From NCBI GenBank assembly GCA_963935005.1, contig CAWWAX010000001.1:52572-116571 (forward strand): 64,000 bases of DNA. The letters run 5' to 3'. Positions 58,208-64,000 of this stretch are shown here, in pieces. The notes under the pieces are model-generated. The model ran no database searches, was not told the origin of the DNA, and saw only the letters and a list, made by a program, of their open reading frames with translations. Each line of letters begins with the position of its first letter. Position 1 is the first letter of the stretch. The position numbers and the translations under genes were made by a program. This DNA is from an uncultured bacterium. GTDB lineage: Bacteria > Gemmatimonadota > Gemmatimonadetes > Longimicrobiales > Gaopeijiaceae.

Positions 58208-59317
58208 ATGGGAAATGAAATGCTAACAAAAAAAGTTCTCTGGAGAACACTCCTACTGACCAGCGGCATATTCTGTGGTCTTGGATCTTCTCCGCTAATG
58301 GCTCAAGTCACCCTGAAAAGCCGAGCCTCAGAACTTACTATTACGGGACGAACCCACACCCAATTCAACACCACTTCAGTAGATGATGAAATGGGATCAG
58401 AGTTCCTTCTCCGCCGCACCCGTCTCACTGCAGAAGTCACAGTGAGCGATTTAGTTTCGGGAAAAGTTCAGCCCGATTTTGGTGCAGGAACAATTTCTCT
58501 AAAAGACGCTTACCTCAGACTGTCATTTAGTCCATCATTCCGTATAACATCAGGTCAATTCAAGCGAGCTTTCGACATTTTCGAATTGACGAGCTCCACA
58601 CAAACTCTGGTTATCGAAAGAGCTGGCGATATACGGGGGATTGGCACATGCTCGGGGACTGGAAATCTTTGTTCCTACAGTAGATTTACAGAAAGCCTAG
58701 AGTACTCAGACCGTGACATTGGAATAGCCGTCGATGGTTCGCTTTCAACGACCAACGCGAACTACTCGGTCGCTATCACAAACGGTTCCGGTGCCAATAC
58801 AAAAGAGACCTCTGGAGCAAAATCTTTTTCAGGTCGCTTAGAATTCCCTGTTTCAGGGAAGTTCACCCTATCACCCAACTTCAGCGTTCACGATTACCTA
58901 AACTCTGTATTTAGCCAGGACAGACATGGAGTTGCCTGGGGAGCCGACTTAGAATGGGGTAGCCATGAAACCCTGGGTGTGCACCTGAAGGGTGGTATCA
59001 TCTTCGGTGATAATTGGAAGAATCTCGATGTCGAAGGGAAGCCTAGTAGCTTCAAATCATTTCAGTCTATATTGGCTTATAGACGATCTACCCCAAACAA
59101 TGCTTTGGTAGAATTCGTCGAGCCTCTGGTTCGTGTCAGTTGGGGTGACCCCGACAGAAGTGTCTCTAACGATGGTGGGATGCTGACCACTTTTGGCGTT
59201 GTTACCCATTTTGTGGGCCGCAATAAGATCGCTGTAAACGTAGACACCTGGAATCCTGCCCTCGGGTCACTACCTACCGAGTTCTCTTTAAAAATCCAGT
59301 CTTACTTCCATTTCTGA
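58208..59317 (+). CDS. Outer-membrane porin, probably phosphate-selective (OprO/OprP-like)
   Basis: It has a signal peptide (...SSPLMAQ), a beta-barrel pattern and C-terminal ...QSYFHF. It is divergent from pstS. Anion/phosphate selectivity is inferred from context only. Confidence 0.65.
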   Translation: MGNEMLTKKVLWRTLLLTSGIFCGLGSSPLMAQVTLKSRASELTITGRTHTQFNTTSVDDEMGSEFLLRRTRLTAEVTVSDLVSGKVQPDFGAGTISLKDAYLRLSFSPSFRITSGQFKRAFDIFELTSSTQTLVIERAGDIRGIGTCSGTGNLCSYSRFTESLEYSDRDIGIAVDGSLSTTNANYSVAITNGSGANTKETSGAKSFSGRLEFPVSGKFTLSPNFSVHDYLNSVFSQDRHGVAWGADLEWGSHETLGVHLKGGIIFGDNWKNLDVEGKPSSFKSFQSILAYRRSTPNNALVEFVEPLVRVSWGDPDRSVSNDGGMLTTFGVVTHFVGRNKIAVNVDTWNPALGSLPTEFSLKIQSYFHF

Positions 59318-59348
59318 GACCAAACGGAACTTATAGGCAGGAAAAATG

Positions 59349-59385
59349 CTTAGGGGTCTCGCTATCACTGATCCTAAGTCTTTTT
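59349..59385. terminator. Candidate bidirectional rho-independent terminator between the porin gene and a convergent small ORF
   Basis: The hairpin is CTTAGGG...(loop)...TCCTAAG, a stem of about 7 bp. TCTTTTT follows on the plus strand and CATTTTT on the minus strand. Confidence 0.5.
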
Positions 59386-59685
59386 CTGGCGGGCAATTTG
59401 CTTTAGGAAAATTTTTCCAAAGAGTAACGTAGCCAAAGAGACCAAGCCAAGACGTAATAAGGCCACTGAAGTGATTCTCTGACATCCCGGATGTCTTGCA
59501 CTGCCAAGCTCCAACTGTGCTAGATCAGGAGACATCTGTACCCATTGGCTACTGCTACACCAGGAATCGAAACCTTGGGCCAGCTCCCCTTCAATGAACA
59601 AAACTTGTGGAGTAGACACAAAAGCCAGAAGCCCCAAAAAAATCGCAAGAATGACTAGTAGCCAAACGCTTCGCCTGTCTTCCAT
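59374..59685 (-). CDS. Hypothetical small protein with N- and C-terminal TM segments
   Basis: The ATG at 59685 is preceded by AAGGAG at a 12-nt spacing. Hydrophobic segments are WLLVILAIFLGLLAFV and ALLRLGLVSLATLLFG. I recognise no family. Confidence 0.4.
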   Translation of the reverse strand: MEDRRSVWLLVILAIFLGLLAFVSTPQVLFIEGELAQGFDSWCSSSQWVQMSPDLAQLELGSARHPGCQRITSVALLRLGLVSLATLLFGKIFLKQIARQKKT

Positions 59686-59903
59686 TTCCAGTTTAAACTC
59701 CTTGCATCGATGACCAATTAGCATTGTATCATAGCCAACAATCATCTGTAAAACAAAAATCACCCAAGCAGGAAGGCTTTAAGCTCTTCACGATTCTACC
59801 TTGCCCCTCTAGGGCATGACAGGACCTATGGTCAGGGCCCATTCTCCGTTGTAGGATCAAGACATCGAGAAAATTGCCTACTCAGCCAAGCTGGAAACAG
59901 ACC

Positions 59904-61700
59904 ATGAAACGTACTTTATTGACTACCATACTAGGACTTTTGTCCCTTTACACACCCTCACTTAATAGCCAGGAACCCCAGGACCGTCCATTCTGGAGAC
60001 CAGTCGTCATGGGAACCCATGGGATGGTTGCGGCAGAACATCCCCTTGAGGCACTGGCAGGGTGGGAGATCCTGGAAGCTGGCGGAAACGCATTTGACGC
60101 TGCTGCTGCAGTTTTCTATATGACCACCGTGGTTGAGCAACACCAAGCAGGAATGGGTGGAGATGCTTTCATGTTAGCTTACGTAAAAGAACTCGACCGA
60201 GTCGTGTTTATTAATGGAACTGGTCCAGCTCCAGAATTGGCCACTCGATCCTATTTTCAGGAGTTGGGATCTATCCCCAATTCTGGACCCAATGCAACGG
60301 ACGTTCCCGGAGCTGTCGGTGGATTTGACCTGGCTTTAACTACCTTCGGTTCAATGAGTTACTCCCAAGTTCTTCAACCTGCCATTCGGGCCGCTCGAGA
60401 AGGGCACCCCTTAGATTTCTGGGCTTCCACCTACCACGAACGTGCCGTGGATAAAATCAGTGAATATCCCAGTTCAGTAAAAGTTTTGATGCCCGAAGGT
60501 CGCCCCATTGCTGCTGGAGAGATCTTTCTACAAAAGGACCTGGCTAGCTCCATGGAAAAAATTGTGAGCGCTGGAGCAGATGCATTCTATCGCGGTGATC
60601 TCGCATTGCAGTTTGACAAAGTCTACCGCGAACATGGAGGGCGCCTGCGCTATAGTGATTTAGCGGCATACCAACCAGAATTGCTAGATCCAATAAAAAC
60701 AAGCTATGAAGGCCTTGAGGTTTACCAAAGTGCCCCAAATTCTCAAGGCATCGTGATGTTAATGGCTCTCAATCTACTTGAAGGTTACGACTTGAGATCC
60801 ATGGGTCACAACAGCGCTGACTACCTCCACGTCGTCACGGAAGCTATGAAACTGGCGTTTGCCGATCGGAACCGATGGATTTCCGATCCCAAATATATAG
60901 AGATACCAGTAAACGAACTCCTTTCCAAAGAGTACGCCCAGACTAGAAGTCGCCTTATCCGGATGGACCAAGCGATGTCATCTCCACCTCCTGGAAATCC
61001 TATCAAAGGAGAAGCAGTGTTAGAGGGAACCTCGGTGGATTATGTGACGGATATAACCCGAGTACATTATCCAGATTCATGGACTAAAAGCGAGGGTGAA
61101 ACCTCCTCCTTCTCTATTTCGGATCAATTCGGCAACTTGGTTTCTGTAACCCACAGCGTCAATGGTAGCTTTGGCAGTGGCATGTATGTCGAAGGCACTG
61201 GAATAGTGCTTAATAATCGCATGCCCTACTACTCGTTAACGGATGGTGATGTCAACGAAATGGTTCCTGGTAAAAGAACCAGACATACCATTAACCCAGC
61301 ATTAGCCACAAAAGATGGCAAACCCTATCTAGCCTGGAACACTCCAGGTGGTGACAATCAACCACAAGCTATGCTTCAATCTTTCCTGGCTGTGGTACTA
61401 TTTGGAGCCAATGTTCAACAGGCTGTAGAATCTCCAACCGTAACTAGTTCAGCCTTTGCGGCTTCAAATTATCCCAATACAAATCGAGGCATGTTGACCA
61501 TGCCTGTAGAATTAGGAAATCGTGTTGCAAGTAATCTTGCGAGCAGAGGGCACAAGATAGAAATACTGCCTCTACAGCAACCCTACCGTCAAGCAACATC
61601 TGGAGCTGGAGCAGTCAAAATGATAATGATCGATCCCGAGACAGGTATTATGCATGGAGGCGTGAGTCCTGCTAAAAGTGACTACGTAATCGGAAGATAA
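59904..61700 (+). CDS. ggt: Gamma-glutamyltransferase (second copy)
   Basis: It has the nucleophile context SEGETSSFSISDQFGNLVS, plus GTPGGDNQPQA-like NTPGGDNQPQAM. A signal peptide follows the ATG at 59904. Confidence 0.88.
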   Translation: MKRTLLTTILGLLSLYTPSLNSQEPQDRPFWRPVVMGTHGMVAAEHPLEALAGWEILEAGGNAFDAAAAVFYMTTVVEQHQAGMGGDAFMLAYVKELDRVVFINGTGPAPELATRSYFQELGSIPNSGPNATDVPGAVGGFDLALTTFGSMSYSQVLQPAIRAAREGHPLDFWASTYHERAVDKISEYPSSVKVLMPEGRPIAAGEIFLQKDLASSMEKIVSAGADAFYRGDLALQFDKVYREHGGRLRYSDLAAYQPELLDPIKTSYEGLEVYQSAPNSQGIVMLMALNLLEGYDLRSMGHNSADYLHVVTEAMKLAFADRNRWISDPKYIEIPVNELLSKEYAQTRSRLIRMDQAMSSPPPGNPIKGEAVLEGTSVDYVTDITRVHYPDSWTKSEGETSSFSISDQFGNLVSVTHSVNGSFGSGMYVEGTGIVLNNRMPYYSLTDGDVNEMVPGKRTRHTINPALATKDGKPYLAWNTPGGDNQPQAMLQSFLAVVLFGANVQQAVESPTVTSSAFAASNYPNTNRGMLTMPVELGNRVASNLASRGHKIEILPLQQPYRQATSGAGAVKMIMIDPETGIMHGGVSPAKSDYVIGR

Positions 61701-61736
61701 AAAATATAGAGCTTGGACTTTATCACCTCTCAAAGG

Positions 61737-63041
61737 TTAAGAGAGACTTGCCCTTTCTCTAACTGGAGTCTCATCAACCTTCTGGAGAAGTGCCAACCCT
61801 ATCACGAAAAGTATAGTGATCGACATCACGGAAAGCTTCTGATTTCCCCCTGTTAGAATAGCTACATATCCGAACATTAAAGGTCCAACGAAGGAGGATG
61901 ACTTACCACACAGAGCGTAAAATCCAAACATTTCTCCCTCTTTGCCCACAGGTGTCAACCTGGCCATTAGCGTTCGACTGGCGGATTGCACTGAGCCGAG
62001 ACCCACGCCTGCGATCAGACCGAGGAACGCAAATCCTAGCTTGGAACTTTCGGGAAGAAAATAGATCCCCAAAGCAACCGATATCCACAAAACTAAAACA
62101 CCGTTAAGGATTTTCTTGGGTCCCAACCGGTCGGTCGGTTTCGCCAACAGAAAGGCCCCTGCCAGTGCAGAAATCTGTATCAGCAAGAAGAGATAAATCA
62201 ATTCATTTTGAGTGTACCCAAAAGTCGTTGAGGCCAATGTAGTAGCCATATAGGTAGCTGTGAGAACTCCGTCTATATAGAAAAAATATGCAATGAGGAA
62301 GTTTCTAATTTCTTTTTGTGCCATCACCTCTTTCCAAAGTGTTCTCACATTACTGATTCCCCACTCCGCTCCCTTGGCAATACTTTCCTTGCCACGGGAA
62401 TCGTCAGGTGGAAGAAATAAAAACGATGGGATAGAAAAAATAAGAAAAAAGGCTGATACCATCAGCCATACCAAATTCAGATTTCCAATAAAACTTAGAA
62501 TGAGCAATGCAAATCCAAGCCCAAATGCTGACCCGAGGTAACCTAGAGCAAACCCCTGCCCAGAGACCTGACCTTGTCGGCCAGAGGGCACTAACTCAGA
62601 CAAATAGGCATTGTAAAACGGGAGACAGCCTTCGAATCCCACATTTGCAAGAACAAACAGTGCGAAAGCCCAATAAACCATTCCTGGTTCGATGGTTGGA
62701 AAGAGTGTGACTCCTATCAGGCAAAGAGCCACGTAAAATCCCATAAACTTCTTTCTGACTCCACAACGATCTGCAATAGCCCCTAGTATTGGGGAGGTTA
62801 TAGCCGTAAGAAGGACCGAGAGCGCTACAGCCCGACCCCACCACCAATCACCTTCACCAGATTCGTTTCCAACCACAGTATTGATAAAAAATGCTTGAAA
62901 CACCACAGACGAAATTACTGCAGGATAAACTGAATTTGCAAAATCAAATAGGATCCAGGATCGCACTTCAGTTTTTTTATTTTCTGCCGCAGGAAGTTCG
63001 TGTTGCAAGTTTATCATCAGTTTTTCCTCTTTCGACATCAC
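61737..63041 (-). CDS. MFS transporter (UMF1/Atg22-like family)
   Basis: It has about 12 TM segments, with WILFDFANSVY near the N-terminus, which is typical of UMF1-type MFS. Confidence 0.8.
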   Translation of the reverse strand: MMSKEEKLMINLQHELPAAENKKTEVRSWILFDFANSVYPAVISSVVFQAFFINTVVGNESGEGDWWWGRAVALSVLLTAITSPILGAIADRCGVRKKFMGFYVALCLIGVTLFPTIEPGMVYWAFALFVLANVGFEGCLPFYNAYLSELVPSGRQGQVSGQGFALGYLGSAFGLGFALLILSFIGNLNLVWLMVSAFFLIFSIPSFLFLPPDDSRGKESIAKGAEWGISNVRTLWKEVMAQKEIRNFLIAYFFYIDGVLTATYMATTLASTTFGYTQNELIYLFLLIQISALAGAFLLAKPTDRLGPKKILNGVLVLWISVALGIYFLPESSKLGFAFLGLIAGVGLGSVQSASRTLMARLTPVGKEGEMFGFYALCGKSSSFVGPLMFGYVAILTGGNQKLSVMSITILFVIGLALLQKVDETPVRERASLS

Positions 63042-63191
63042 ATCGTTTCTGATACTAAGACGGACCGATCACCTTCATCTTCCTTACTGGAATTGCTAAA
63101 CTATAGCTAGCGCCGTTAAAATGCACTTTGTTCAAGAGCCTGAATCTGGCTTACCTAGTGCCTCATAACATTGAAATAGAAGGTTGGAAAC

Positions 63192-63815
63192 ATGGAATTG
63201 CAACAAAACAGCATCTGTCTCCTTCTAATGATCACCCTCTCTGGCTGTGCTACAACAGCAGGAGGAGATTTAGGGCCTCGGACCGATCCAAACGAAATAA
63301 CGGCAGAAGAGCTAGGCGATGGGATATATTCCCAAATGTCTGTCATGGAAGCCATCGGAGCACTGAGACCGACTTGGGTCAGGAGTACAGCTCGTCCTTC
63401 TACATTTAATCCGACAGTACCTTCGGTTTATGCAGATAACACACACCATCCCCTGATCTACTTAGAAACACGAAGAGCAAACGAAATCGGTGGAATCAGA
63501 CGTATCTTTTCAGGAGATGCTACTCTCAGATTTGGAAGTAGCAAGCCACCTGGGGGAGACGTAATAGAGGTCCTAGAAATGAGGCTATCCAGAGCTAGGA
63601 CCAGCTCTGGGTCGGTTCCATTAGGACCCGGAGAGTGTAAGCGTAAAATAGTAAAAGGAGCTGCGGGAGGAACATTCGCTGGCTTCAGCGTCAGTCGTAT
63701 CTTGGGTGCTTCCGACGGAGGACGCGCTGACGGGTCAAGGCCAAACGCACTTCTTCCGACACTAACCGGAACGGTGCTAGGGTTCTTTTCTGGAATAGCT
63801 TCTTGCTATAAATAA
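63192..63815 (+). CDS. Hypothetical lipoprotein with Gly-rich C-terminal hydrophobic tail
   Basis: It has the lipobox LTLSGC. The C-terminus reads GAAGGTFAGFSV...LTGTVLGFFSGIASC and is glycine-zipper-like. A weak hairpin follows the stop. Confidence 0.6.
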   Translation: MELQQNSICLLLMITLSGCATTAGGDLGPRTDPNEITAEELGDGIYSQMSVMEAIGALRPTWVRSTARPSTFNPTVPSVYADNTHHPLIYLETRRANEIGGIRRIFSGDATLRFGSSKPPGGDVIEVLEMRLSRARTSSGSVPLGPGECKRKIVKGAAGGTFAGFSVSRILGASDGGRADGSRPNALLPTLTGTVLGFFSGIASCYK

Positions 63816-64000
63816 ATCTGAAGTGCTGGGCCCCAGTTCACTTCGCACATCCATCTTCCATGAGATTAGGCTGTGCCAGCATCGCTGTCTTGGAGGGGTT
63901 CACATCCAATCGCCTAAAGGCTTATGAAATCTCAGCCAAGGACTACCCGTGACCTGAGGTATGGCCTAATCCCTGACTGAAATTCATAACCCCAAACTAC

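Noticed and set aside
63816-64000. 185-bp non-coding tail after the last gene. It contains GCCAAGG, which is reminiscent of SRP RNA, and a GGGGTTCACATCC segment that looks like a T-arm
   Set aside because: It lacks the SRP GGAAGCAGCC core, and there is no complementary strand to form a tRNA/tmRNA T-stem. All six frames are closed. I treat it as an intergenic or promoter region truncated by the window edge.

Overview
This is a gene-dense segment that looks chromosomal, with about 55 protein genes, one tRNA and one RNase P RNA. It comes from a diderm (Gram-negative-type) bacterium that uses AGGAG-type ribosome-binding sites. GC looks mid-40s percent by eye and was not computed. I found no transposase, integrase, phage, CRISPR or recognisable defence genes. 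Housekeeping anchors are the 3' part of leuS, tkt (its start overlaps the leuS stop), rnpB directly abutting tRNA-Arg(CCG), and queE. Most other genes encode Sec-, lipoprotein- or Tat-signal hydrolases and uptake components, which suggests scavenging of dissolved organic N and P. These include three amidase-signature amidases, two gamma-glutamyltransferases, two FAH-family hydrolases, two SxxK serine hydrolases, M28 and S51 peptidases and an Ntn penicillin/AHL-type acylase. They also include an amidohydrolase, an alpha/beta hydrolase, BNR/VPS10, YVTN, NHL and FG-GAP propeller proteins, a TonB-dependent receptor with a partner lipoprotein, and two MFS transporters. The stand-out loci are as follows. 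(i) 38045-41434 is a tightly packed apbE - porin - FMN-binding protein - His-rich 4-TM protein operon preceded by a perfect Fur-type 7-1-7 palindrome; I read it as a candidate iron-regulated extracytosolic flavin reductase with its own outer-membrane channel. (ii) 52731-59317 is a pst locus with an unusual gene order. It has two PstB ATPases whose motif degenerations are complementary (one consensus and one degenerate ATP site predicted). It also has a PhoU fused to a catalytically dead ArsC/LMW-PTP-like domain, and a divergent porin sharing a mirrored 17-nt motif with pstS. (iii) The rnpB P1 stem ends about 5 nt before tRNA-Arg +1. (iv) A YVTN beta-propeller gene overlaps (ATGA) an internally duplicated protein with two CXXCH motifs. 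(v) There are recent intragenic duplications in a VOC-fold gene and an FG-GAP gene. All functional calls come from motif recognition by eye; no database search was run.
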